DNA of 54,415 bases. It comes from a virus. Its lineage: Duplodnaviria > Caudoviricetes. The stretch lies in IMG/VR virus record IMGVR_UViG_3300037153_000425, positions 1-54,415 of that record, one strand, 5' to 3'. Below the pieces are notes generated by a model. That model was not told the origin of the DNA and did no database searches. It saw nothing but the letters and a program-made list of their open reading frames with translations. The position numbers were made by a program, and so were the translations under genes. This document shows positions 34,007 to 43,601 of the stretch, one piece after another (position 1 is the first letter of the stretch; every line of letters starts with the position of its first letter).

Positions 34007-34222
34007 GTGCCGCTGATCCAGTTGATCGTCGTGCTCCTCGTGATCGGGCTGATTCTCTACCTCGTCGAGAGCCTCTTGCCGCTCGATCCCGCCATCAAGC
34101 AGGTGATCCGGGTCGTGATCGTGCTCGCCGTCATCCTCTGGTTGCTCTCGCTCGTCGGCCTCATTCCCGCGCGGATTAGCCGTGCCGACGTGGCGACGCC
34201 GTCGGCGTACAGCGTCACCTAA
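34007..34222 (+). CDS. Small two-TM membrane protein (Thivi_2564-like)
   Basis: LI..IVVL.V.G.ILYL....P.DP.IK..I..V....V.LWLL; GGAGGAGG RBS. Confidence 0.7.
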   Translation: MPLIQLIVVLLVIGLILYLVESLLPLDPAIKQVIRVVIVLAVILWLLSLVGLIPARISRADVATPSAYSVT

Positions 34223-34234
34223 AAGCCGCCCCTC

Positions 34235-34264
34235 TTGACACGGGCCGGGGGCGCAAGGCACACG
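34235..34264 (+). promoter_or_regulatory. Late-promoter motif TTGACA-N18-CACACG
   Basis: Upstream of the scaffold/capsid block. Confidence 0.6.
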
Positions 34265-34276
34265 GGCCCGCCCACG

Positions 34277-34642
34277 ATGGCTCGCAAGGCGACGCCGCCG
34301 CGGGGCAAGGGCAAGGCACTCGTGCCGCCCATCGGCACGGGCAAAGGCAAGGCAGCGGTGCCGCCCCTGAAAGGCGCCGCGGCTGCGCCACCCCGGCCCG
34401 TCCGCGGCCGCGTCGTCACGGTGCCCGTGCTCCCGATCGGGCCGCCGCGTCGACCCCCGGGCCGCGGCATGCCGCCCCGGCTGATGCCGCCCGGCGCGGC
34501 CCGGGCCCCGCTGGCCCCCGAAACGCCGCGGGCCGAGCGCCTCGAGCCGCCCCCGCCGCCGTCCAGCCGCGCCGCCGTCATGCGGCAACGCGGCGCCCCG
34601 CAAACCATGGCGGCGCTCCGCCGCGGCAAGGTGGCCTTCTAG
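34277..34642 (+). CDS. Basic Pro-rich protein
   Basis: Follows the promoter; stop abuts the next ATG. Confidence 0.5.
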   Translation: MARKATPPRGKGKALVPPIGTGKGKAAVPPLKGAAAAPPRPVRGRVVTVPVLPIGPPRRPPGRGMPPRLMPPGAARAPLAPETPRAERLEPPPPPSSRAAVMRQRGAPQTMAALRRGKVAF

Positions 34643-34984
34643 ATGCTCGGCACGGCGGGCGGCGTCGATCCTCACGAGCTCGGCGAGCTGACACGCGAGC
34701 TCGAGGTGAGCGGGTATCACACGTATCTGCGGACGTACGTCGAGGGGCGGATCGCGACCTTGCTCGTCGACGACGTCACCGACCCGTACGTGGCCATGAA
34801 ACGCCGCGGGCAAGTCGAGGAGCTCCAGCGCCTCGTCGTCCCGCTGTTCGTCAAGTCGCTGGCACTCGCCGCACTCGCCCGCCGGGCCGAGGCGCGCGCC
34901 ACCGCCGAGGCCGCCCGGCCCGTGCCGCCCGGCCTCGAGCGCGCCTGGTGGAGCGATCCCGTGGACGAGCTCCCGATTCCCTGA
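34643..34984 (+). CDS. Small head-module protein
   Basis: RG.VE.L motif; usual position before scaffold. Confidence 0.55.
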   Translation: MLGTAGGVDPHELGELTRELEVSGYHTYLRTYVEGRIATLLVDDVTDPYVAMKRRGQVEELQRLVVPLFVKSLALAALARRAEARATAEAARPVPPGLERAWWSDPVDELPIP

Positions 34985-34994
34985 GAGGACCGCC

Positions 34995-35765
34995 ATGGCC
35001 GACGAGCAGCCGCTTCCCGCCTCCGCACCCGCCCCGGCCCCCGAGGCCCCCGAGGCCGCCCCGGCGGTCCCGGAGGCCCCCGGGGGCGCGCCGCCGGCGG
35101 AGGAGTGGGGCGCCCGGTTTGCGCGGCTCGAGGACCAGCTCGCCCGCGAGCGCGAGCAACGCGCGGCGCTCGAGGGCACGCTCCGGCTCCTCGCCCCGCA
35201 ACCCCAAGCGCAGCAGCAAGGGCCGTTGCCGCTGGTCCGCCTCCCGCGCGACCAGGCGCTCCGCATCGCCGCCACGCTCGGCGGGCAGTGGACCGAGGAG
35301 GCCGTGCAGTCGCACGCGCCAATCTTCGCGGCCTTCATGCAGGAGCTCGCGGCGCCGCTCTTGATGGGTCTCGAGGGCATGGCCGACACCGTCGACTTGA
35401 TCCAGGTGCGGCAAGACGTGCCGCAGTACGAAACGCAGGCCGAGGAAGCCGACCGCGTGCGGATGGAATATCGCCAGCGCGGCCAGGTCATCACGCGCAA
35501 GCAAGCCGTTGCGCTCGTCAAGGCACGCCGCATGGATGACCCGAAGTACGTGGATACGCTCGTCGAGGCCCGCGCGAAGGAACGCGCGACCGACCAGGCA
35601 TCGCGGGCCGCCGCCGCCGGCGCCGCCGTGACGGAAGGCGGCTCGAGCGCGCAGAAGGCCGGCCCCGAACCCACCAAGCAACCGCGTGTGCCCGTGACGC
35701 GCGAGGAATTTGCCCGGATGACGCTCGAGGAGAAACGCAAGGCGCTCGAGGGCGCCACGCTCTAA
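34995..35765 (+). CDS. Capsid scaffolding protein
   Basis: Acidic Pro-rich N-terminus, coiled coil, EEFARMTLEEK C-terminus; precedes the capsid gene. Confidence 0.75.
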   Translation: MADEQPLPASAPAPAPEAPEAAPAVPEAPGGAPPAEEWGARFARLEDQLAREREQRAALEGTLRLLAPQPQAQQQGPLPLVRLPRDQALRIAATLGGQWTEEAVQSHAPIFAAFMQELAAPLLMGLEGMADTVDLIQVRQDVPQYETQAEEADRVRMEYRQRGQVITRKQAVALVKARRMDDPKYVDTLVEARAKERATDQASRAAAAGAAVTEGGSSAQKAGPEPTKQPRVPVTREEFARMTLEEKRKALEGATL

Positions 35766-35777
35766 CAGGAGGCCGCC

Positions 35778-37109
35778 ATGCCTGGAAGTACGTACAACTA
35801 CAGCGATCCGGGGCTTTCGACCTCGACGACGCTGGCGAACGACCTCGCGCCACTCTGGCTCCAGGACGAGCTCCTCGCCGTCGCCGAGAAGCTGACCGTG
35901 TTCCAAGATATTGGCGACACGCCGAACATGCCTGAGGGCGAGGGGAAGACGTATTCGGCGCAGCGCTACGAGCGGCTCTCGCTGCCGGGGGCGCCGCTCA
36001 CCGAGGGCATCACGCCGGACTCGACGCCGCTCGTCGTCAACAAGGTGCAGGCCATGCTCGAGCAGTGGGGCATGGTCGTGTCGCTCACCGACGTGGCCTT
36101 GATGACGACCAAGCATCCGGCACTCACCGCCGCCAAGGACCGGCTCGGCAACGCCTCGGCCGAGTTGCAGGACCGCGAAATCCAGAAGGTCCTCATGGGC
36201 GCCGGTCAGGTCGTCTTCCCGGGCGGCAAGACGTCGCGCTCGACGCTGGTCGCCGGCGACCTGCCGACCACCGACTTCATTTCCGGCATCGTCGCGACGC
36301 TCCGCCAGCTCGGCGCGCCGACCTTCCCGGGCGCCATGTATGCCGGCGTGGTCGACCCGTACAACGAGCAGGATCTCGCGAAGGACAACACCTTCGTCCT
36401 CTCGCATCAGTACGCCGAGACCACCGCGCTCATGAACGCCGAGATCGGCCGGTGGCGCGGCGTGCGCTGGAAGCGCTCGAACCTGCTCCCGATCGTCTCG
36501 CTGCTGGCGACCGGCGCCGGCGGCGCCTCGGCCACCAACCAGGCCGCCGGGACGGGCGAGACGGGGTTTACGGCCGGCTCGACCGTCAAGGTCGTCGTCG
36601 CCCTCGCCGACCCCATTTCGGGCCTCGACGTCAAGCAGATCGCGACGGCGAGCGTGACGAATGCGTCGGCCTACACGGTTGCCTTCACGATCACGGCGTC
36701 CGCCCCCGAGGGTCGCTACAACGTGTACGTGAGCGCCGAGGGCGGCACCGTGCCGACCTATCAGACGACCGTGTCGAAGCCGGTCGGGGCGCAGTACGTC
36801 GGCGTCGTCGCCAAGGCCGTCACGAGCGCCGCCGCCGCGACGTCGGTCGGCTACAGCGCCACCGGGTCGCCCGCCGGTGCCGACCCGCCGGCCACCGGCT
36901 CGGTGCATGTCGGCTACATCTTCGGCAAGAGCTCGTTCGCGGTGCCCGCGATCGGGAGCCGCGTCGAGACGACGCTCACGCCGGCGACCGCCAGCGACTC
37001 CGATCCCTTGAAGCAGCGCCGCAAGGCCGGCTTCAAGTTCATGACCAAGACGTGCATCCTCAACACCGACTTCTTCCGGCGCTTCGAGTGTCAGAGCGCC
37101 TTCTCGTGA
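35778..37109 (+). CDS. Major capsid protein (N4-gp56-like)
   Basis: MP..EGKT....RY, LTEG.TP, LEQWG....TD, EIG...GVR, DPL.QR...G.K; AGGAGG RBS. Confidence 0.88.
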   Translation: MPGSTYNYSDPGLSTSTTLANDLAPLWLQDELLAVAEKLTVFQDIGDTPNMPEGEGKTYSAQRYERLSLPGAPLTEGITPDSTPLVVNKVQAMLEQWGMVVSLTDVALMTTKHPALTAAKDRLGNASAELQDREIQKVLMGAGQVVFPGGKTSRSTLVAGDLPTTDFISGIVATLRQLGAPTFPGAMYAGVVDPYNEQDLAKDNTFVLSHQYAETTALMNAEIGRWRGVRWKRSNLLPIVSLLATGAGGASATNQAAGTGETGFTAGSTVKVVVALADPISGLDVKQIATASVTNASAYTVAFTITASAPEGRYNVYVSAEGGTVPTYQTTVSKPVGAQYVGVVAKAVTSAAAATSVGYSATGSPAGADPPATGSVHVGYIFGKSSFAVPAIGSRVETTLTPATASDSDPLKQRRKAGFKFMTKTCILNTDFFRRFECQSAFS

Positions 37110-37117
37110 GCGATGCC

Positions 37118-37630
37118 ATGAGCCGACCTCCCGGCCGCCCGCGCACGGTGCCGGCGGTGTCTCACGAGCCGCCGGCGCCTGACGACCTCGAGGCGTTCGA
37201 GGCGCCCGACCCCGAGCAGCTCGCCGGCGAGGCGCTCGACGACCTCCGCACGCCCTTGACGCCCGAGGTCGTGAAGGCCCTCAACACCATGTGGCGCGAC
37301 GTCGTCCAGTATGACGACGAGGGCTCGAAGACGGTCGCCCGGCGGATCGTCGGCCGGCTCCGCCGCGCCAGCCACCGCGAGCTCCATCCCGAGTGCATGC
37401 GCATCACCGTCGACGTGCCGATGCTCCCGAGCAAGGTGTTTGTCCGCATCAACGAGCGCGTCTATTTCGGCGCCGTCGAAGTCTGGGAGTGCGAGGCTCG
37501 CACCATCTTGGAGCTCGTCCACCGCGCCCGACTCGTCGAGGGCGCCCGGCTCGCCGACAACGGCAACGGCGGCGCCCTCGACTTGGACTCGCCGCTCGCC
37601 GAGCGCGCGCGGGCGATTCAACGCGCATGA
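37118..37630 (+). CDS. Hypothetical virion-module protein
   Basis: V.INE..Y.G.VEV; packed after the capsid gene. Confidence 0.55.
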   Translation: MSRPPGRPRTVPAVSHEPPAPDDLEAFEAPDPEQLAGEALDDLRTPLTPEVVKALNTMWRDVVQYDDEGSKTVARRIVGRLRRASHRELHPECMRITVDVPMLPSKVFVRINERVYFGAVEVWECEARTILELVHRARLVEGARLADNGNGGALDLDSPLAERARAIQRA

Positions 37631-37980
37631 TCGCCCGGGGCCCTGCGGCGCGGCTCGGGCCGACGCCCCCGTTTTCCGGCCAGCTCCTCCGCGTGACGGG
37701 CGAGGGCGAGCAGGTGACGATCGCCTTCACGGCGTCGACGTCCGCCGAGCTCGCCGAGGCGCTCGCCATTGCCGGCGCCGCCGCCCTCGCCCGCCTGAAA
37801 GCCAACAACGCCGCCGTCCTCGAGGCCGGCGCGCACTTCGAGGACCGGCAACGCCAGGTGTACGCGCACGCGGTGGCGCAGCTCCGCCGCGAGCTCGGCG
37901 TGCCCGACCCGCCCGCGGAGGAGGACGCGACCCGTGCCGACGATCCCGCCGGGGCGGTACACGCGGCAGAAAATCCGTGA
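37627..37980 (+). CDS. Hypothetical protein
   Basis: ATGA-coupled. Confidence 0.5.
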   Translation: MIARGPAARLGPTPPFSGQLLRVTGEGEQVTIAFTASTSAELAEALAIAGAAALARLKANNAAVLEAGAHFEDRQRQVYAHAVAQLRRELGVPDPPAEEDATRADDPAGAVHAAENP

Positions 37981-38617
37981 CCTCGCGTTGAATCGCGCGG
38001 GCAACCGCGCGCTCGACGCCGACGCCGCGGATTTCCTCGCGCAACACCTCTTCGAGCTCTACACGCTCGCCGACTGGCCGTTTCTCTACGTGTCGGCGCC
38101 GCTCGTGCTGACCGGCCCGACGGTCGACTTGCCCGCCGATTTCATGACGGCGCAGGACGATCACGCGTTTCAGATCATCGCGATTGACGGCGGGGCGCAA
38201 AGCAACTGCTTTGCCGTCGAGGTCTCGCCCGAGGAATTGACCGCGATGGCGGCACCGACGTCGTACGGCGTGCCGCAGTATTGGGCGGTCTCGCGGAGCG
38301 ATACCACCGCCCGCGTGGCGCCGGATCCGACCGGGCGGCGGATCGACGTCGTGCTCCGCTACAAACGCCTCCCACCCGACCCGCTCCCGGCCGAGGAGCC
38401 CGCGGACGTGCCCGTGTTCCCGTACCACAATTACCTCGTGCAGGCGGTCTACGTGTTCGCCCTCGAGCACGAGCGGGACGCGCGCGCGCAAGCCGAGGCC
38501 GCCACCCGCGACACCTTGCTCGCGATGATTCGTCGCGGCGCCGCGCCGCTCCGCTCGCAGCGCGCCGACATTCCGCTCGACCCGCTCATCTTCGGGCGGC
38601 CGTTCCGCGGGGATTAG
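37934..38617 (+). CDS. Head-tail adaptor / tubular protein A-like
   Basis: GGAGGAGG RBS; homologue of 1-653. Confidence 0.6.
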   Translation: MPTIPPGRYTRQKIRDLALNRAGNRALDADAADFLAQHLFELYTLADWPFLYVSAPLVLTGPTVDLPADFMTAQDDHAFQIIAIDGGAQSNCFAVEVSPEELTAMAAPTSYGVPQYWAVSRSDTTARVAPDPTGRRIDVVLRYKRLPPDPLPAEEPADVPVFPYHNYLVQAVYVFALEHERDARAQAEAATRDTLLAMIRRGAAPLRSQRADIPLDPLIFGRPFRGD

Positions 38618-40636
38618 ATGCCCGGCGCCCCCGACCGCGAGCTCCCGATTCCCGTGCGGCGCTTTCAGGGCACCATGCTCGCCATGGATCCTGCCTTCGT
38701 GCCGCTCGGCTGGGTCGCGCGGTGCGAGAATTGGGTCCCGGATCTGACGCTTGTCTTGAGCAAGCGGCGCGGGAGTGCGCCGTGGCAACGGTTGCCCGCG
38801 CCCGGCCGCGTTGATCCGCTCTACTACTGCAGCGGGAGCGACGGCACGCGCTACCTCTATTTCGTCGCCAACGATCAGCTCTACGTGTCGGTCAACGATG
38901 CGCCGATCGTCGCGGTCACAAACGGCGCCTTTTCTGCCGGACCGGTTGAAGATCTCCGCTACGGGATCACCGCCCTCGGCGATACGCTCTACATCGGCAA
39001 CGACGTCGATCCGATCAAGCAGGTCCCGCTCGGGGGCGATGCGGTCGATTTGGTGCCGCTCGCCCTCCTCGACGATACGGGCCAGGTCGCGACGGCGATT
39101 GCCGACGAGCTCGCCCGCGTGCTGGCTGGCACCTACAGTTACCGCTGGGCGACCTACCACGGGCCGACGCAGCGGTGGACGCAGGTGGGGCCGGTGCGCA
39201 CCGTGACGACGGCGGGCAGCGGCCGCCAGCGGCTCGGCTTCCGCGCCCCGACCGTGGCCCTCGCGACGGGCGAGCTCTATCACCTCTTCCTCGCCGGCGT
39301 GGATCAAGAAATTGAGGGCGCGCACGACCAAACGCCCGCCGGCCTCCCGGCCTCAAGCGGCGCCGACCAATTCGCCTTGTGGGACGATCCCGCGGTCGAA
39401 TCGGCCACCGTGCCGATTCCCTCGACGGTCGTGCGCCGCGGCGCCCACCTGATCGCGCATCGCGGGCGCCTCTGGGGCGCCGGCGGGCTCGACGCGACGG
39501 CGCGGCGCGTGTGGGCGACCAACGTGCTGGTCCCCGGGCTCGAGCAATCGCTCTTCGAGCAAGGGCTCTTTTTCCCCGCCGGCGCTGTGACGCCCGACTT
39601 GGGCGGCCCCGTGACCGCGCTCGCGGTCGCGACCTTGTCCTCGACGAATCGGAGCCCGACCTCCCCGCTCGCGCTGATGACCGAGACGTCGACGTGGCTC
39701 TATTTCGGCGACCCCGTCGACGATCCCGGCGCGACGCTCGTCCAGATCTCCGACGAGGTCGGCTGTCCCGGCGACCGCACGGTGGCCTCCACGCCGCTCG
39801 GCATCGTCTTCTGCGGCAAGCGGAGCGTCTATCTGCTGACGCCGCAGCAAGCCGAGCCGAAGGATATCGGGTGGCCGATCGAGCCGGCCATCCGCGCGGT
39901 GCCGGTGCCCGAACGGACGCAGTGCTGGGCGATCTACCACCGCGGCTTCTACAAGCTGGCGCTCGTGCCGGCGGGCGGGACGACGCCCACGGAACAATGG
40001 TGGCTCGACCTCCGCCACGGCCTCGGCGATCCGCCGAATTGGTGGGGGCCGCATACGACGCCGGGCTATAGCGCCGCCACGCGAGCGACGAATCATCCGG
40101 CCGAGGAAGACCGCGCGTGGGCGGCGCAAGACAGCTCGGTCGCCTTTTTTGTCCTCTTGGATCAAGCCGACCGCTACACGGACCCGGTCGGGCCGCGCTC
40201 GGGCGGGCAGTGGAACGTGGCCCATTGGAACGTGGACGACTGGGCGCAGGAGGTCGCCGTGCCAATTGTCTCGCGGATCATCACCGCGGACCTGGACGGC
40301 GGCGCCCCCTTGACGCCGAAAATCGCGAAACGCGCGCGCATCGTCGCGCACGTGTTCGAGACGACGTCGCTCGGCATCACGGTGACGGCGGATCATAGCT
40401 ACGGCGCCGCGGGCACGCTCCGCGTGCCGATTGCGCTCGGCGACGTGTGGGACACGGCCGACTGGGACACCGCGGAATGGGCCATGCAGCAGTGGATCCT
40501 GAGCGAGTTCGAGTGCCCGGTGCCCGAGCCCCGTGGGCGGCAGTTTTCCGCCGTGCTGACTCACGTCGACCCGAATCCATGCGATCTCCGTGATTTCGAG
40601 CTCCGCGTGCAACCCTCCAGCCGCGAGACGCAGTAA
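38618..40636 (+). CDS. Tail nozzle (variant 2)
   Basis: 672 aa, collinear with 654-2672. Confidence 0.7.
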   Translation: MPGAPDRELPIPVRRFQGTMLAMDPAFVPLGWVARCENWVPDLTLVLSKRRGSAPWQRLPAPGRVDPLYYCSGSDGTRYLYFVANDQLYVSVNDAPIVAVTNGAFSAGPVEDLRYGITALGDTLYIGNDVDPIKQVPLGGDAVDLVPLALLDDTGQVATAIADELARVLAGTYSYRWATYHGPTQRWTQVGPVRTVTTAGSGRQRLGFRAPTVALATGELYHLFLAGVDQEIEGAHDQTPAGLPASSGADQFALWDDPAVESATVPIPSTVVRRGAHLIAHRGRLWGAGGLDATARRVWATNVLVPGLEQSLFEQGLFFPAGAVTPDLGGPVTALAVATLSSTNRSPTSPLALMTETSTWLYFGDPVDDPGATLVQISDEVGCPGDRTVASTPLGIVFCGKRSVYLLTPQQAEPKDIGWPIEPAIRAVPVPERTQCWAIYHRGFYKLALVPAGGTTPTEQWWLDLRHGLGDPPNWWGPHTTPGYSAATRATNHPAEEDRAWAAQDSSVAFFVLLDQADRYTDPVGPRSGGQWNVAHWNVDDWAQEVAVPIVSRIITADLDGGAPLTPKIAKRARIVAHVFETTSLGITVTADHSYGAAGTLRVPIALGDVWDTADWDTAEWAMQQWILSEFECPVPEPRGRQFSAVLTHVDPNPCDLRDFELRVQPSSRETQ

Positions 40637-41595
40637 TGGCGCAAATCCCCCGCCCGCCGAAACAGGGCGCCGTCACAACCTACGTCGCGAAGGTGGCGGC
40701 GGGCTATCCGCACATCTTGGCCGGCGAGGTCGACGCGGACCTCGATACGATCTACGGCGCCTGGAACAGCGGCGCCGATACGGTCAACATCCGCGACGGC
40801 GCCATCACGAGCGCGAAGCTGGCCGCCGATGCGGTCGGCCCCCGCGAGCTCCAGGATAGCGGCGTCGGCACGACGAATCTCGCCACCGGCGCGGTGACGA
40901 CGCCGAAGATCGCCGACGGCGCGGTGACGGATCCGAAGATCGTGAGCGTCGCGTGGGCGAAGGTGACCGGACCGCCCGGGAGTTTCGCGCCGAGTGGCCC
41001 CGCGGGCGGCGACTTGCAGGGCACGTATCCGTCGCCGCAACTTCGCGACGGCGCGGTGACGGGCGCGAAACTGGCGCCGGGTGCCGTGACGGCGACGACT
41101 CTCGCGGCGGATTCGGTGGGCGCGCGCGAGATTATGGACCTGACGGTCGGCACCGCCGAGCTCGCCGACGGCGCGGTGACGCGCGCGAAGCTGGCCGCCA
41201 CGGCGACGAGCGGGGCGAGTGTCTCGGCAGCGAATCCGACGGGCTTTGTCCTCAGTACCGCAGGCGTCTGGACGACGTATGTCACGCTGCCGAGCCTGAC
41301 GACGCGCGGCGGCCCGGTGCTCCTGCTCGCGAATGCCGCGACGAGTGTGACGGCGCTCGCCGCCGCGGCGGCGTGTAACGCGCGCTGGCTGCGCGATGGG
41401 GTCTCGATTGCGGCGGCCTCGTGGTTTCTCTGCGCGCCGGCACCGAACGCCGTGGCCCTCCCCGGGCTCCACTGGATCGACGTCGCGCCGGCCGGGGCGC
41501 ATGTCTATGTCTATCAGGTGTTGGCCGGGACGGCCGCTACGATTGTGAGCTCGCCGCAAGCCGTCACCGGCTTCGTGGCGATGGAGATCGGCTAA
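40636..41595 (+). CDS. Tail fibre-like protein 1 (variant 2)
   Basis: Conserved N-terminus, diverged C-terminal domain. Confidence 0.65.
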   Translation: MAQIPRPPKQGAVTTYVAKVAAGYPHILAGEVDADLDTIYGAWNSGADTVNIRDGAITSAKLAADAVGPRELQDSGVGTTNLATGAVTTPKIADGAVTDPKIVSVAWAKVTGPPGSFAPSGPAGGDLQGTYPSPQLRDGAVTGAKLAPGAVTATTLAADSVGAREIMDLTVGTAELADGAVTRAKLAATATSGASVSAANPTGFVLSTAGVWTTYVTLPSLTTRGGPVLLLANAATSVTALAAAAACNARWLRDGVSIAAASWFLCAPAPNAVALPGLHWIDVAPAGAHVYVYQVLAGTAATIVSSPQAVTGFVAMEIG

Positions 41596-42290
41596 TGGCC
41601 GTTACGCGACCGCTCAAAGAGGGCAGCGTCACCACCTATCAGCAAAAGGTCGCCGCCGGCTTTCCCGACATCCTCGCGAGCGAGATGGACGCCGACCTCG
41701 ATACGATTTACGCGGCCTGGAATGGCGGCGTCGCGACCGCGAACTTGATCGACGGCTCGGTGACGACGCCGAAATTGGCGACGGCCCCGAACGGCGCCGG
41801 CACGGCGAATCTCAACGATCTGGCGGTGACCACGGCCAAACTCGCCGACGGCGCCGTCACGTGGCCCAAGCTCACGCTCCAGAGTTATGCCCGGGTGCAT
41901 CGCAACGCGGCACTCAGTATCCCGAACAATGCACAGACGGCCATCACCTTCGACACGATCGAAACCAATGTCGGCGGCCTGTTTGTGGCCGGCAGCCCGG
42001 ATCGGTTCACGATCCAGCAAAACGGCGTCTATCTCTTTGGCGGCGTGTGCGGGCTCGCGGGCGCCGCAGGGGGCGCCAATCGCCTGCTCTTTATCCAGCT
42101 CGCCGGCGCCAACCTCGTCGAGCAATCGGGGCCCGTCGGCCCGACCGTCTTTTTCGCCATGAGCACTATTGCCGCGCTGACGGCGGGCCAAGCCATGCAA
42201 CTCATCGTGTATCAAGATTCTGGCGGCGCGCTCGCGCTGAACGTCGCCGGCACGCCGCAGCCCACCTTCTGGATTGCGCGGATGGCGTAA
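41595..42290 (+). CDS. Tail fibre-like protein 2 (variant 2, C1q/BclA-like tip)
   Basis: Shared anchor, then ITFD...N.G...FTI...GVY...LTAGQ...L.VYQ. Confidence 0.65.
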   Translation: MAVTRPLKEGSVTTYQQKVAAGFPDILASEMDADLDTIYAAWNGGVATANLIDGSVTTPKLATAPNGAGTANLNDLAVTTAKLADGAVTWPKLTLQSYARVHRNAALSIPNNAQTAITFDTIETNVGGLFVAGSPDRFTIQQNGVYLFGGVCGLAGAAGGANRLLFIQLAGANLVEQSGPVGPTVFFAMSTIAALTAGQAMQLIVYQDSGGALALNVAGTPQPTFWIARMA

Positions 42291-42466
42291 TGACGCGCGC
42301 GATGGTCACGGCCCGCCGCGCCGCACTGCAGGCGGAGCTACTCGAGGCGATGCGCGCGGTTGAGCGCTATCGCGGTGCGCTGGCCGTTCTCGACGAGTTG
42401 CTCCTGGTGCCCGACCCGGCGCCGGAGCCGGACGCCGCCGGGCGCCCGCTCGAGGCGGTCGCATGA
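42290..42466 (+). CDS. Small coiled-coil protein
   Basis: Homologue of 5118-5294. Confidence 0.6.
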   Translation: MTRAMVTARRAALQAELLEAMRAVERYRGALAVLDELLLVPDPAPEPDAAGRPLEAVA

Positions 42467-43086
42467 TCCGCCCCGCCGTCTTCGCCGACGTGCCGGGGCT
42501 CCGCCGCCTCTACGCGGCGCTGGTCGCCGAGCTCGCGGCCACGCATGCCGTCTCGTACCCTGCGTACGGCGCGGACGACCTCGATAGCTTTACGCTCTTG
42601 CAGGCCCGGCGGCTGGTCGAGGATCCGACGTGGCTCACCTACGTGGCGACGGACGACGCGACGGGCGACGTGGTCGGGTTTCTCGGCGGCGAGGTCTCTG
42701 AGCGGGCCCTCGGCGAGCCGCGCGTGTTTGCGGCCGCGCATTGGCTCTATCTCGCACCGACGCATCGGGGCCGTGGCCTGGCCCGCGCGCTCGCCCTCCG
42801 CGGCGTGGAGGATCTGGCAGCGCTCGGCGTGACGCACGTTGAGGTCGCGGCGGTCACAGGCGACAGGCAATGGCACGCGCGCGGCTGGCTCCCCTATCTC
42901 GTGCACTACGCCTTGCCCCTCGCCGCGGTCCGCGCCGGCGTCGTCGAGCGCCCCGCCGTCGATCCCACACCGACGGCCCCGGCGGCGCCGGCCCCTGTCC
43001 CCGCCGTGCCGCGGGCGCCCCGGAAGCGCCGGCGGCGGCGGCGCCCCGCGCCCACGCCGCGGCTCATTGCCGGAGGCCGGGCATGA
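42463..43086 (+). CDS. GNAT acyltransferase 1 (variant 2)
   Basis: HRGRGLA motif A. Confidence 0.85.
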   Translation: MIRPAVFADVPGLRRLYAALVAELAATHAVSYPAYGADDLDSFTLLQARRLVEDPTWLTYVATDDATGDVVGFLGGEVSERALGEPRVFAAAHWLYLAPTHRGRGLARALALRGVEDLAALGVTHVEVAAVTGDRQWHARGWLPYLVHYALPLAAVRAGVVERPAVDPTPTAPAAPAPVPAVPRAPRKRRRRRRPAPTPRLIAGGRA

Positions 43087-43601
43087 GTCACATGATCCGC
43101 ACCGCCGAGCCGGGCGACCGCCAGGCGCTCGAGACGTTGCTCGCCGCCCTCATGCGCGAGCATCAAGCCGGCTTTCCCGCGGCCTATCCCCGCTTCCACC
43201 CCCTCGAGGCCGCCGCCTATCTCGCCGCGGGCTATGCCGCGCGGCTGTCGCAGGATCCCAGCCTCGTCGTCGTGCTGGCCGTCGACCGTGCGCCCGTGGG
43301 GTTGCTCGTGGGGGAAGTGCGCGCGCGTGCCGTCGGCCGGCCGGCGACGGTGTGTTTCGTCGAGTGGTTCTATGTCGAGCCGCCCGACCGGGGGCAAGGC
43401 ATCGGCCGGGAGCTCGTACGCGCGGGGGTGCGCATCCTCCACGCCTACGGCGTCACCCACATCGAGATTGCGAGCGTGCCCGGCGACCGACAATGGCAGC
43501 GGCGGGGCTGGCGGGAAACGGCGCGCCACTATGTCGCCCCGGTCGAGCACGTCACCGCCTGGGTCGGCCTCGAGGAGGATCCCCATGCCCCCGCACGATA
43601 G
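43083..43601 (+). CDS. GNAT acyltransferase 2 (variant 2)
   Basis: DRGQGIG motif A. Confidence 0.85.
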   Translation: MSHMIRTAEPGDRQALETLLAALMREHQAGFPAAYPRFHPLEAAAYLAAGYAARLSQDPSLVVVLAVDRAPVGLLVGEVRARAVGRPATVCFVEWFYVEPPDRGQGIGRELVRAGVRILHAYGVTHIEIASVPGDRQWQRRGWRETARHYVAPVEHVTAWVGLEEDPHAPAR

